Shown: positions 1-11,610 of the stretch, one piece after another
How the letters are laid out: each line of letters opens with the position of its first letter
How positions within the stretch are numbered: the stretch's first letter is position 1
Assembly: GCA_052327205.1 (NCBI GenBank)
Contig: CM126225.1
Span: 11,532,001 to 11,596,000 of the forward strand
Direction: 5' to 3'
Length of the DNA stretch: 64,000 nucleotides
Source: Somniosus microcephalus
Taxonomy: Eukaryota
Program-made: the position numbers and the translations under genes
Notes under the pieces: generated by a model
Databases searched by the model: none
What the model was told of the DNA's origin: nothing
Seen by the model: the letters and a program-made list of their open reading frames with translations, nothing else

Positions 1-226
1 TTGCGGCTGCCACGGGCGAGGCGGCCGCAACTGAATTTCGGCGCTGGGGCCCGTCGCCATGGCAACCGGGACGCTGCGCACACCGATGACGTCATCGGTG
101 CCGGCGCAGCGCTACCGGTCTAGCGCGGCGGAAGGGCCCCAGGCAATTTCGGCGCCGGCGCCAATTGCAGCGCTAGGCCCTCTAGCGCCGCAAAAGCGGC
201 GCTAAGGCAACTCAATTTCTAGGCCC
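1..226. mobile_element. End of a Harbinger-type non-autonomous element (MITE), cut off by the window start
   Basis: Ends ...ACTCAATTTCTAGGCCC, the reverse complement of the Harbinger TIR at 32328 with one mismatch. GC-rich, with TAGCGCC motifs and TGACGTCA at 87-94. Confidence 0.8.
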
Positions 227-247
227 TTGTCTTCGATGGCACATCAG

Positions 248-770
248 GATGTTCTTGCCATGGAAGGAGTTCAGTGAAGATTCACCAGGCTGATACCTGG
301 GATGGCAGGAATGACGTATGAGGAGAGATTGGGTTGATTGGGCTTGTACTCGCTGGAGTTTAGAAGAATGAGAAGGGATCTCATCGAAACTTATAAAATT
401 CTAACAGGACTAGACAGACTAGATGCTGGAAGGATGTTCCCGATGTTCGGGGAATCCAGAACCAGGGGTCACAGTCTAAGGATAAGGGGTAAGCCATTTA
501 GGACAGAGATGAGGAGGAATTATTTCACCCAGAGAGAGTGGTGAACCTGTGGAATTCTCGACCAAAGACGGCAGTTGAGGCCAATTCATTAAACATATTC
601 AAGAAGGAGTTGGATATATTTCTTAAGGCTAAAGGGATCAAGGGATATGGGGAGAAGGCAGGAACAGGGTACTGAATTTGGATGATCAGCCATGATCTCA
701 TTGAATGGCGGAGCAGGCTCGAGTGGCCGAATTGCCTACTCCTGCTCCTATCTTCTATGTTTCTATGTTT
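248..770 (+). mobile_element. CR1 (HER1-like) LINE, 3' fragment
   Basis: Encodes LGLYSLEFRRMRRDLIETYKIL...FTQR, the CR1 ORF2 C-terminus; tail CTCCTATCTTCTATGTTTCTATG. Confidence 0.9.
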
Positions 771-1279
771 CATTTTCTGCACCATTGGAGAGGGAGAAAT
801 AAATATGACTTGTGGGCCTATTTTTGCTCTTTTGCTGAGAGAGAATTTTGGTGATGACTGACAGGGTTAGCAACCAAACTGGAAATTGCTTCAGATTTTT
901 TTTTACTTCGGCTGGTTTCGTTCAATGTTGAATTTGAAAATGACAACCACCGTGATGTGCCTGCAATGATGCTCGCCTCACACTTCTCAAGCGCCCAGAT
1001 TGGTCCTCCAACTAGGAGTGTGCAAAGCCTGGTCCGAACAGCTCCAGAATGATTTTCCGAAGCCCACTTTATACAAAGGCCCCCCTCGTGCCGTAGCTTC
1101 ACCGCAATGCATGGCACCCCCCGCAACCACTGATGGTCACATGATATGCGTCATGCCTCTAAATATAATTTTGGGTTCAGGCCTGTCGAATCAGGCACGA
1201 TTGCACACCCATGTATATTTTTAAAATTCAATTTAGTCTTTCATTATGACAGACTTCAATTTTCAGCAAAGCAACGACA

Positions 1280-1582
1280 TGTAACCTCTTCCAGCCCTAC
1301 AACCCACCGAGACCTCGGCGCTCCTCCAGTTCTGGCCTCTTGAGCAGCCCCATTTCCTTCGCCCCACCATTGGCGGCCGTGCCTTCAGCTGTTTGGGCCC
1401 TAAGCTCTGGAATTCCCTCCCTCAACCGCTCCGCCTCTCTCTCCTCCTTTTAAATACGTTCCTTCCTGTCCCAGTATCTCCTTATGTGGCTCGGTGTCGA
1501 ACTTTGTCTGATTACGCTCCTGTGAAGCGCTTTGGAACGTTTTGCTGTGTTAAAGGCGCTATATAAATACAAGTTATTGCTG
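1280..1582 (+). mobile_element. L2 LINE 3' tail fragment
   Basis: Matches the tail of the longer copy at 16420-17450 (GCCCTAAGCTCTGGAATTCCC...GGCGCTATATAAATACAAG). Confidence 0.8.
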
Positions 1583-1689
1583 TACGGCAGTAAGAGGACA
1601 CTGCAATACGTTGTCGCAATGGGGAAACCCAATGGAACACGGGGATTATCTCTATTCCGGGAGCTATGGCAATGATGGTCTTCTTTCTT

Positions 1690-2085
1690 TTTTTTTATTC
1701 GTTCCTGGGATGTGGGTGTCTTTATTGCCCATCCCTAATTGCCCTCGAGAAGGTGGTGGTGAGCCGCCTTCTTGAACCGCTGCAGTCTGTGTGGTGAAGG
1801 TACTCCCACAGTGCTGTTAGGGAGGGAGTTTGACCCAACGCCGATGAAGGATCGGTGATATATTTCCAAGTCAGGATGGTGTGTGACTTGGAGGGGAACT
1901 TGGAGGTGGTGGTGTTCCCATGCGCCTGCTGCCCTTGTCCTTCTAGGTGGAAGAGGTCGCAGGTTTGGGAGGTGCTGCCGAAGAAGCCTTGGCGAGTTGC
2001 TGCAGTGCATCTTGTAGATGGTACACACTGCAGTCACGGTGCGCCGGTGGTGGAGGGAGTGAATGTTTAAGGTGGTGGATGGGGT
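1690..2085 (-). mobile_element. CR1-superfamily LINE, second family (Zenon/Crack-like), 3' fragment
   Basis: ORF2 C-terminus LNIHSLHHRRTVTAVCTIYKMHCSNSPRLL, shared with copies at 6735, 15462 and 58385; A-rich tail. Confidence 0.8.
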
Positions 2086-2214
2086 GGAGGACTTCTGTGG
2101 AGGACTTGTCATAGCTCCCTGTCCAGCTATAGACTCTCTCCCTCTAAACACTTTCTTATCACAGGCAGCTCTGTCGTAACTCCCTTTCATTTCTCAGCCT
2201 TCCCATTAACTTAA

Positions 2215-2868
2215 AAACATAGAATCATAGAAATTTACAGCACGGAAGGAAGCCATTTGGCCCATCATGTCCGCGCCGGCCGACAAAGAGCTACCCCACC
2301 TAATCCCACTTTCCAGCTCTTGGTCCGTAGCCCTGTACGTTACCGCACTTCAAGTGCACATCAAAGCACTTTTTTAATGTGGTGAGGGTTTCTGCCTCTA
2401 CCGCCCTTTCAGGCAGTGAGTTCCAAACCCCCACCACCCTCTGGGTGAAGAAATTTCCTCTCAAATCCCCTCTAAACCTCCTACCAATTACTTTAAATCT
2501 ATGCCCCCTGGTTGTTGACCTTCCTGCTAAGGGAAATAGGTCCTTCCTATCCACCCTATCTAGGCCCCTCATAATTTTATACACCTCAATAAGGTCTCCC
2601 CTCAGGCTCCTCTGTTCCAAAGAAAACAACCCCAGCCTATCCAATCTTTCCTCATAGCTGAAATTCTCCAGTCCCGGCAACATCCTCGTAAATCTCCTCT
2701 GTACTCTCTTTAGTGCAATCACATTTTTCCTATAATGTGGTGACCAGAACAGCACGCAGTATTCTAGCCGAGGCCTAACTAGTGTTTTAAACAGTTCAAG
2801 CATAACCTCCCTGCTCTTGTATTTTATGCCTCGGCTAATAAAGGCAAGCATTCCGTATGCCTTCATTA
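2215..2868 (-). mobile_element. CR1 LINE, 3' fragment
   Basis: ORF 2300..2923 contains LVRPRLEYCVLFWSPHY...RGDLIEVYKIM...FFTQRVV; (TTCTATGA)-type tail. Confidence 0.9.
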
Positions 2869-3803
2869 CACTTGTCTGAAGAGATGGCTGTTGATGTCTG
2901 CAGTCAGCACTGGTAAACACCAACTACCTTTGATCCAGCCAACCTATTCTTTCCCTTTCTGGTAGCTATTGAACTCTGTGACCTGTCCCTCTGGCAGGTC
3001 TGCAGATTTCAGCATTTTCTAAGGACATTGCCACACTTTCTTATTTGTGCCTACAGACTACTTTCTTATGCAGAATTAGCTGTTCAGATACTCCAAAGCA
3101 TTGATTAGCTGTTTCAAAACATTATGGCCTAAAGCTACATTATGTTCAACTTTCACACAGCCACAGTGCGCTCAGAAAAACACACAGCACGTGCAAAACT
3201 CCATCAAATTCTGCAGTTAGCCTGATTAACCCTTGCCATCCTAGTTTCTTAAATGAACCCAAAGTTATTATCCAACACCGCTCACAGCCTGAACCTGAAC
3301 TGACTCTCACTGCAGACCCAACCTGACCTCACTCCCACAGCCAGGGCACACGTCCAAATTAATTAACTTACAGCTGCAAAATCACTCATTCTCAATATGG
3401 AGAAGACGACACACTGTATATGTTTTAGCTTTTTTTAAGTTATAAATGAAATTGATAGATATTGACACTCTGAAATAAGTAAGGATGCAACTTGTGACTA
3501 TCAGTGGGAGCTCAGAACTCAATCTTCCTTTCTATTATCCCCGTGCAAAGTTGTGTGATTTTATCAATGCTTGCTATTTAACAAGGTCTTGACGTTCCTT
3601 AACAAATACTTAGGAAGCATCTCCAATCTTTTTTTGTACCTTTCAATTCTTTTACAGGATACAAATTAGCACCAGAAACAAACTGTCGATGGTCAGATTT
3701 GTCAATTTAGTCACTGTTTACCCCTGTCGTTTATTTGCTACACGGAGAGAAAACTATAGGCCTAAATTATTGCTGAGGAACTCGCCTGACCAGACAGTGG
3801 AAC

Positions 3804-4680
3804 AGTGCAGTGGGTATCTCCTGGTGCAGTGGGTATCTCGTGGGGCAGTGGGCTTCTCGTGGTGCAGTGGGTATCTCGTGGTGCAGTGGGCTTCTCGTGG
3901 TGCAGTGGGTATCTCGTGGGGCAGTGGGTATCTCGTGGTGCAGCGGGTATCTCGTGGTGCAGCGGGTATCTCGTGGTGCAGCGGGTATCTCGTGGTGCAG
4001 CGGGCTTCTCGTGGTGCAGCGGGTATCTCGTGGGGCAGTGGGTATCTCGTGGGGCAGCGGGTATCTCGTGGTGCAGTGGGTATCTTGTGGTGCAGTGGGG
4101 TTCTCGTGGTGCAGGGGGTATCTCGTGGTGCAGTGGGCTTCTCGTGGTGCAGTGGGCATCTTGTGGTGCAGTGGGTATCTCGTGGTGCAGTGGGTATCTC
4201 GTGGTGCAGTGGGCTTCTCGTGGGGCAGTGGGTATCTCGTGGTGCAGTGGGTATCTCGTGGTGCAGGGGGTATCTCGTGGTGCAGTGGGTATCTCGTGGT
4301 GCAGTGGGCTTCTCGTGGGGCAGTGGGTATCTCGTGGTGCAGTGGGTATCTCGTGGTGCAGTGGGCTTCTCGTGGTGCAGCGGGTATCTTGTGGGGCAGT
4401 GGGTATCTCGTGGTGCAGTGGGTATCTCGTGGTGCAGTGGGTATCTCGTGGTGCAGGGGGTATCTCGTGGTGCAGTGGGTATCTCGTGGTGCAGGGGGTA
4501 TCTCGTGGTGCAGTGGGCTTCTCGTGGGGCAGTGGGTATCTCGTGGTGCAGTGGGTATCTCGTGGTGCAGTGGGCTTCTCGTGGTGCAGTGGGCTTCTCG
4601 TGGTGCAGCGGGTATCTCGTGGTGCAGCGGGCTTCTCGTGGTGCAGGGGGTATCCTGGTGCAGCGGGCATCTCGTGGTGC
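3804..4680. repeat. 19-bp minisatellite, roughly 46 units (GTGCAGTGGGTATCTCGTG and variants)
   Basis: Period 19 seen directly. All six frames are open with a 19-aa periodicity, as expected for a stop-free tandem repeat. Confidence 0.97.
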
Positions 4681-4869
4681 TATATGTAATTTACTAGCCT
4701 CCCCCCTCCAAAGGTAGACCATGAACGATGACAATAATATAATTTCCCTCCAACCTTGGTCCAGCTCCCACAGGATTTTCTGAGGAAAACTGAAGAAATT
4801 ATAAAAAATTTAATTTAAAAAAAGATCATTGCTATGCAAAGGTTAATTCTTTTTCATTTGAATTTGTAA

Positions 4870-6340
4870 TACAGGAGCTGATGCATTTTGGCAGAAGGAA
4901 CAGGGAGAGGCAATATACACTTAATGGCACAGTTTTAAAGAGTGTGCAGGGACAGAGGGACCTGGGAGTTAATGTGTATAGGTCCCTGAAGGTGGCGGGA
5001 CATATTGAGAGAGTGCTTAGCAAAGCATATGGGATCTTGGGCTAAGTAGAGGTATTGAGTACAAAAGTAGAGAAGTTATGCTGAACCTTTATAAAGTGCT
5101 GGTTAGGCCACAACTGGAGTATTGCATCCAGTTCTGGTCACCACACTTTAGGAAGGATGTGAAGGCCCTTGAGAGGGTGCGGAGGAGATTGACCAGAATG
5201 GTTCCGGGGATGGGCAATCTTAGTTACAAGGACAGGTTGGAGAAGCTGGATTTGTTTTCATTAGAGCAAAGGAGGTTGAGGGGTGATTTGATAGAGGTGT
5301 ACAAGATTCTGACAGGTTTGGATAGGCTAGACGGGGAAAGGCTGTTCCCACTAGTTGATGGTACAAGGACTAGGGGTCACAGATTTAGGGGGAAAATTCA
5401 GTATTGCCCCATTTGGGGCGCCATTATCGGCCGTGCGCAAAGTTTAGCGCCTGGCGCTAATTATCGCCTCCGACGGCAAACTTGGCTTTTATCGCCCCTC
5501 GAGGTGATTGGAGCGCTAAATCAGGCGCTTCACACCTGTCTTAAGGCGCAAATGCCGAGGAGCGAGGCGCTACCTCAGAGCGCGGGCGAAGCAAGGAAGA
5601 GCAAATCAAAATGAACCTGCAAAATGTTGCTCAGTACCCAAAACTCATTCACACAGCATTGAATCTCTCCAGAAGTCTCTCTCTCTCTCTCTCTCAGAAT
5701 GCGTGGTGCAAAAATATCACCAACAAAAAAAGGCAGGAAGCGGTCGCCTTTAAATAGTGCTCCCCCAGTCCCTTTCTGACTGCAAAACGCTCCCCTCAAC
5801 CTGTCGTTGCTACCGGCAGGTGGTAAGGCAGGGGGTGCCACTCAATATCCGGTCCGGGGCGCTACTGGGGCGTTGCGCACTCGACTGACGTCACGATCTG
5901 CCGGTGCAGGAGATCGTGGCGGTAGTGTTTAGCGCTGCCGCAAAATGTCTAGTTAATTTCGCGAGCGGCGCAAACATCGCCGCGCCTGGGCGCTAGTTGC
6001 TTTGCGCCCCATTAGCGCCCTCTTAATGCGTTAACGGGCGGCGCAAGCAACTGAATTTTTCCCCCTTAAGGTTTTGGGCAAGAGATACAGGGGGGATGTG
6101 AGGGAAAACCTTTTTACGCAGCGAGTGGTGAGGACCTGGAATTCGCTGCCGACGGAAGTGGTGGAAGCGGAGACACACAATGTTTTCAAGGGGAGACTGG
6201 ATAGGCACTTGAGGGAAATAAACTTGCAGGGCTACGGGGATAGAGCGGGGGAATGGGACTGACTGGATTGCTCTACAGAGAGCTGGCTTGGATTCGATGG
6301 GCCGAATGGCCTCCTTCTATGCCGTATGACTCTATATGAC
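4870..6340 (+). mobile_element. CR1 LINE 3' fragment interrupted by a MITE
   Basis: ...TRGHRF at 5387 resumes as KVLGKRYRGDVRENLFTQRVV after 6068; CR1 tail ends near 6340. Confidence 0.9.
5388..6065. mobile_element. Harbinger-type MITE, 678 bp
   Basis: TIRs GGGGGAAAATTCAGT / ACTGAATTTTTCCCCC; 3-bp TSD TTA (5385-5387 and 6066-6068) inside a CR1. Confidence 0.92.
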
Positions 6341-6554
6341 TCCAAACATTTTCATTACGTTGCTAGTTTAAGGCGATCACTCTCGGGTGCTTCACTGATC
6401 TGCCTTCCTGTTGCAATGAGCCCAAGCAACAAGGGGGGCTGCCTTAGGTATCAGCACAGAAATTATTCTGTAATTACAAAAGCAGGGAGTCTCGCATTCA
6501 ATGCTCTTTGTTTTTAGTTTCTCTTCTTCTGTGTCAGATGGGCGTAGTTGATAG

Positions 6555-6730
6555 AAGCTGGCATCAGTAAAAGGTAAACATGAAGCTGTCGGATTGTCAT
6601 TAAAAACCCAACTGGTTCACTAATGTCCTTTAGGGAAGGAAACCTGTCATCCTTGCCTATATGTGATTCCAGTGCCACACCAACATGGTTGAGTCTTCAC
6701 GACCCTCCGAAGTGACTTAGCAAGCCACTC
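6555..6730 (+). mobile_element. Fragment of a tRNA-derived SINE (same family as 23228-23490)
   Basis: GGATTGTCAT...CTGGTTCACTAATGTCC...GCAAGCCACTCA is shared with 23360-23490. Confidence 0.65.
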
Positions 6731-6734
6731 AATC

Positions 6735-7302
6735 GTTTTTTATTCGTTTTTATTGGATGTGGGCATCGCTGGCGAGGCCAGCATTTATTGCCCATCCCTA
6801 ATTGCCCTTGAGAAGCTGGTGATGAGCCGCCTTCTTGAACCGCTGCAGTCCGTGTGGTGAAGATACTCCCACAGTGCTGTTCGGGAGGGAGTTCCAGGAT
6901 TTTGACCCAGCGACGATGAAGGATCGGCCGATATACTTCTAAGTCAGGATGGTGTGTGACTTGGAGGGGATCTTGGAGGTGGTGGTGTTCCCATGCGCCT
7001 GCTGCCCTTGTCCTTCTAGGTGGTAGAGTTCACGGGTTTGGGAGGTGTTGCCAAAGAAGCCTTGGCGAGTTGCTGCAGTGCATCTTGTAGATGGTACACA
7101 CTGCAGCCACGGTGCGCCGGTGGTGGAGGGAGTGAATGTTTAAGGTGGTGGATGGGGTGCCAATCAAGCGGGCTGCTTTGTCCTGGATGGTGTTGAGCTT
7201 CTTGAGTGTTGTTGGAGCGGCACTCATCCAGGCAAGTGGAGAGTATTCCATCACACTCCTTACTTGTGCCTTGTAGATGGTGGAAAGGCTTTGGGGAGTC
7301 AG
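6735..7302 (-). mobile_element. CR1-superfamily LINE, second family, 3' fragment
   Basis: LSTIYKAQVRSVMEYSPLAW...IQDKAARLIG (post-RT region of ORF2). Confidence 0.85.
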
Positions 7303-7709
7303 GAGTTGTATCATATAGGAACTGGCATAGGTTATTCAGCCCCTCGAACCTGTTCTGCCACTGCTACAAGGAATATCTTCACCACATGGATGGTATAGTG
7401 GTGCAAGAAGGCAGCCCACCACCACCTTCTGGGGACACCTAAGGGGCGGGCAATGAGTGCCAGCCTTGCCAGCGCCCCGCACATTGCGAGATTGAATACA
7501 AAAACACCTCTCACCTATAAGGTTGTGGCCCCCTGCCACACTGCTTGGCTTTTACAAGACACTGCTCCTCAATGGGAGAACGGTTGGGAAATGGAGCCAG
7601 TGTGCCCAATTTGTGGCATTTCCAATTTTAATGACTGGAAATTTGATCATTGGAAGCATCACAATGCGGGCATGCTAACCTCTGTACCTGGTTATTCGAT
7701 CGACACAAG

Positions 7710-8146
7710 GAAAGAAAAAACTTGCATTTATATAGCACCTTTCACAATCTCAGGATGTTCCAAAGGGCTGTACAGTCAATTAAGTACTTTTGAGGTGTGG
7801 TCACTGTTGTAATGTAGGAAACGCGACGACCAATTTGTGCACAGCAAGCTCCCACAAACGGCAATGCGATATTGACCAGATAATCTGTTTTAGTGATGTT
7901 GGTTGAGGGATAAATATTGGCCAGGACACCAGGAAAACTCCCCTACATTTCTTCAAAATAGTGCGTGGAATTTTGTACATCCAGCTGAAGGGGCCAGACG
8001 GGCTTGGGTTTAACATCTCATCCAAAAGACGACATCTCTGACAATGCAGCACTGGAGTGTCAGCCTAGGTTATGGGAGCAAGCCTCTGGAGTGGGACTTA
8101 AACCAACGACCTTGGCGAGAGTGCCACCACTGAGTCACAGCTGACA
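7710..8146 (-). mobile_element. DeuSINE (SacSINE1-like tRNA SINE with L2-type tail)
   Basis: Reverse complement of the family body (GTCTTTCGGATGAGACGTTAAAC...GCTATATAAATGCAAG) found about 12 times in this window. Confidence 0.8.
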
Positions 8147-8239
8147 TTAAACACTATGGCACTGCCATTAAACAAGGCTTTGTACCAGGAACGGACACTC
8201 TCAAAATCTACCTAATAATTTAAGGTGACACACCAATAC

Positions 8240-8580
8240 AGGACTGAGGCAGTGCCACATTGGCAGAGACACTGTTGTTCAGACATGATGCTAAACTGAG
8301 GTATTCTTCACGTGGACATTAAGGATGCCATGGCACTATTTGAAGAGCAGCAAGGAGGCTGCCTTTCATCCTGGCCAACACTCCTCAACCAATACCATCC
8401 AGATTAACTGATCATTCATCTCATTGGCCTTTGTGGGATCTTCCTGTTTGCAAAATGGCAGCTGCACTTGCCTACCTGACAACGGTCGCTGCTCTTCAAA
8501 GTAATGAATTGTAAGTGAAGCATTTGGAGATGTTTTGCGGAGATGTCATTAAGGGGCTAAATTAACACAAGTCTTTCTTT
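8240..8580 (+). mobile_element. Older, diverged DeuSINE copy
   Basis: GCCATGGCACTATTTGAAGAGCAG...TTGTGGGATCTT...CAAGTCTTTCTTT. Confidence 0.6.
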
Positions 8581-8746
8581 TCCAAAGATACTTCCTTGTG
8601 CTGCAAGCATTTCCAGCGGTACCAGTGCCTATATCACACACTCATACACTGGGTCACTGGGCATCAGTCACAACAGGGAACCCAGGCTAATCTTTCTCCT
8701 CCTCAATCTAGGGTGCTAAGGCCATTACAGTGACCCCACCACAGCC

Positions 8747-8997
8747 TAGGGCTGCCAACCCTCCAGGAGTCTCCAGGAATTAAAGAGTAATCTCCTGCTC
8801 TGAGCAAACACACGAGAAAAATCACTGGAGCATTAAAAAAAAAGTTTTTTTTCCCCATTTTCTTTGAACACTTTCATTTATTAATTCTAAAAATATCGTA
8901 GATGGGGGGAAAAGATAGTCTGTTTGCCTGGTTTGGGGGCTGGAGGGCATGTGATCAAAACCTCCAGGAATACGTCCAACCAGAGTTGGCAACCCTA
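8747..8997. mobile_element. hAT-type MITE
   Basis: TIRs TAGGGCTGCCAAC / GTTGGCAACCCTA; body shared with 36912-37301. Confidence 0.75.
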
Positions 8998-10169
8998 CCC
9001 CAACGTCAGCTGAAGTCAACCTAACGATCAAAGATTGTACCTGGTATCTCCATGGTTGGGACGACCTAATGCCACTCCATGCAGTTCCCCTGATGTTGTC
9101 ATCGGCACTGATGACTTAAGCAACTCTTCTGAAATCAAAGTACTGACAACAGGTTGTTTCTGGTGAACTTTCCTCCTTCTCTTGACAAGATCATCGGGAA
9201 ATAGAACGTTATTCCCCTTTGTGCACCTGACATTCCTGTTTCTCACAGCAGCCATCGTAAGTGAAGTTGACAATTTAGCTCCAATTACTGTCAAACTACG
9301 AGTAGGTTTGTGTTGTGCTGTGGGCCTACTAAAGTTCTGACTGAGATGACCCAAAGAAATTTCATTTCAAAGCTCTATAGTTATCAGAGACAGGCTTTCA
9401 ACCCATGATCAATCTGTATCACATTCAAACAGGTACCGGAGATGAAAGAGTAATGCTCTAACCCACTCTATCACCAGTTCTTCTGCCAGCTGATGTTCAA
9501 AAGGAGTTTGGTGCCTTGTATGTTACCTTTCAATGTTGTGTATAATTTTAAAAGTGCTGCCATTCCACCCTTTTGCAAAAACGCTTTCAGTTTTTAAATC
9601 TACGTTTAAACAGTTAGAGCATCAATCTCCCAATCCAACTGCTCCGGCCTCCCTCTACCCTTTCTCCTGGTGGCTGCAGGGAGAGGAGCAACACTGAGAT
9701 GATTGGGGTCAGCACTGCACTACAGGGCAAGCTCCACAAGAGGCAGGTTGCCCGTGCATCCCTATTGGCAGGCAGAGATGGTGCAGCTTGATTATTTTCA
9801 AAACAACAGCTCAAAGGGCCTAATTATATCAAAGCATCGTTCCTCACTGAAGATCTTGTCTCTGATGACAGTATAATTTCTATCACCTAGCATCATCCCA
9901 TTAGCAAAGAGCCCTTCCCAATTGTCTCCAATCGCAATCTTAACCTGTTTGAGCATCGTTTTGAATAAATTCTGGTCGGGAACTGAGGCCCATATTAAGA
10001 ACAGAATGTATTTTGCCCTTTGTTACTTACCCTGCCATCCGCCAAACATTCTCCCCTCCTCTCTTGAAAGTTCCTGCTCACACTAGAATGTAGACCATCT
10101 ACATTGGCCCTCACGCTGGGATGTGGACCCTCTACATTGGCCCTCACGCTGGAATGTAGACCATTGGCC

Positions 10170-10440
10170 CACTGGTACCTCACCCAAGTGGCCATTCTTC
10201 AAGATGAACTTTGACTGTGAGCGCCAGGATATTCAACCGTGGAGTGCATGATCCATGAGCCGCATCTGGTCTTTACCCAATGTCTACAAGTGCAGAAAGG
10301 CCATTTGTTTCCCCCTTCCCCAGCCCATTGGCACTGAGGTCAATTGTAGCTCCCATCACCATCTCAACTGAGAGCAGCGAACTCCACGCAAAGCATGGAT
10401 GGAACTCAGGAACTTGCTGATCTGAAATAGTCGTCATTCT
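10170..10440 (-). mobile_element. Ancient SINE fragment (AmnSINE2-like, by recall)
   Basis: GAAGAATGGCCACTTGGGTGAGGTACC motif on the minus strand; related degraded copies near 8590-8740, 11735-11805, 12790-13000 and 24210-24400. Confidence 0.5.
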
Positions 10441-10824
10441 AAGCCCAACAATCAGCAAGAAAGAGAACAGAAGGGACTAGGCACTGCATGAGGAACTCGG
10501 TCATTAATCATGTAATTTTCTATGTAGTGAAGAAGTCTTGTAAGCATCACACCCACACACAGTATGACAGTCCTTAGACAACAAGCTCCATTAATAGTGA
10601 CATACCTGATGCATAAGAAGCTGCACTTAAAGCGACAAGAAAACAAGCTTGTTTTTTGAAATACTTTGTTCTTATTTGGAAAAGATATAAACCAGCATTA
10701 GTGTCCCACAAAGCCTTCATTCACCCACTCAGCAGTGAATTATTTTATATGTAACAGCACAAAAAACGCTGGATGGAAATGCTCATCTGGTTGCCTAGTA
10801 TCGGAGGAAATCACAATCAAACTG

Positions 10825-11155
10825 TCCAGTGTGCTGGTCAGACCACAGCTTGAGTACTGCGTCCAGTTCTGGTCACTGAGGCACAAGCGGCACGTTCAAG
10901 CACTGGAGTAAGTGCGGAGAAGAGCCACAAGGCTTCTCCCCCAGCGTCAGAGCTCTGAGTTATGAGAAAGAAAGAGTGTACATTGGGCTTTTCCGTCTGA
11001 AAGAACGGTACCCGAGAGGTGGCCTTATAGAGGTACACAAGATAGTCAAATTCAGAATATTACTGTGAACTATGAGAATAGGACAAGGGGACACGGATTC
11101 AAACTAGTAAAAGGCAAATTTAGGACAGGTGTCAGGAGCTTCCTCTTCACACAAA
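10825..11155 (+). mobile_element. Degraded CR1 3' fragment
   Basis: CTGGTCAGACCACAGCTTGAGTACTGCGTCCAGTTCTGGTC (LVRPQLEYCVQFWS) and ACAAGGGGACAC (TRGH). Confidence 0.7.
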
Positions 11156-11199
11156 GGGGGTAATTTTGGGTACCTAATTTGCATCCCGCCTAATTTTTC

Positions 11200-11610
11200 C
11201 TTCTATAGCACTTTTCCTGTCCTCAAGACGTCCCAACGCGCTTCACAGCCACTGAAGTACCTTTGAAGCACAATCACTGTTGCAATGTAGGGAAATGCGG
11301 CAGCCAATTTGTGCACAGCAAGCTCCCACGAACAGCAATGAGATAAATGGCCAGTTAATTTGTTTCAGTGCTGTCGATTGAGCGATAAATATTGGTCAGG
11401 ACACGGGGAGAATTCCCCTGCTCTTCTTTGAATAGTGCCAATGGGATCTTTGATGTCCACTTGAGAGGGCAAACTAAGCCTTGGTTTAACGTCTCATTCG
11501 AAAGACGGCACCTCTGACAGTGCAGCACTCCCTCAGTACAGCACTGGAGTGTTGGGTCAAAACCTTCTGACTCAGAGGCCGGAGTGCTACCACTGAGCTA
11601 AGGCTGGCAT
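11200..11610 (-). mobile_element. DeuSINE copy
   Basis: Matches the family body and tRNA-like head. Confidence 0.8.

Noticed and set aside
3628-3770. Strong plus-strand splice acceptor (TTCTTTTACAG at about 3658)
   Set aside because: No convincing coding exon or donor follows, and it is opposite to the inferred host gene.
3689-4734. Six long ORFs of 130-342 aa
   Set aside because: Artefact of a stop-free 19-bp tandem repeat; open in every frame.
9028-9354. 108-aa minus-strand ORF as a possible second exon
   Set aside because: No recognisable domain and no clear acceptor/donor pair in the required phase.
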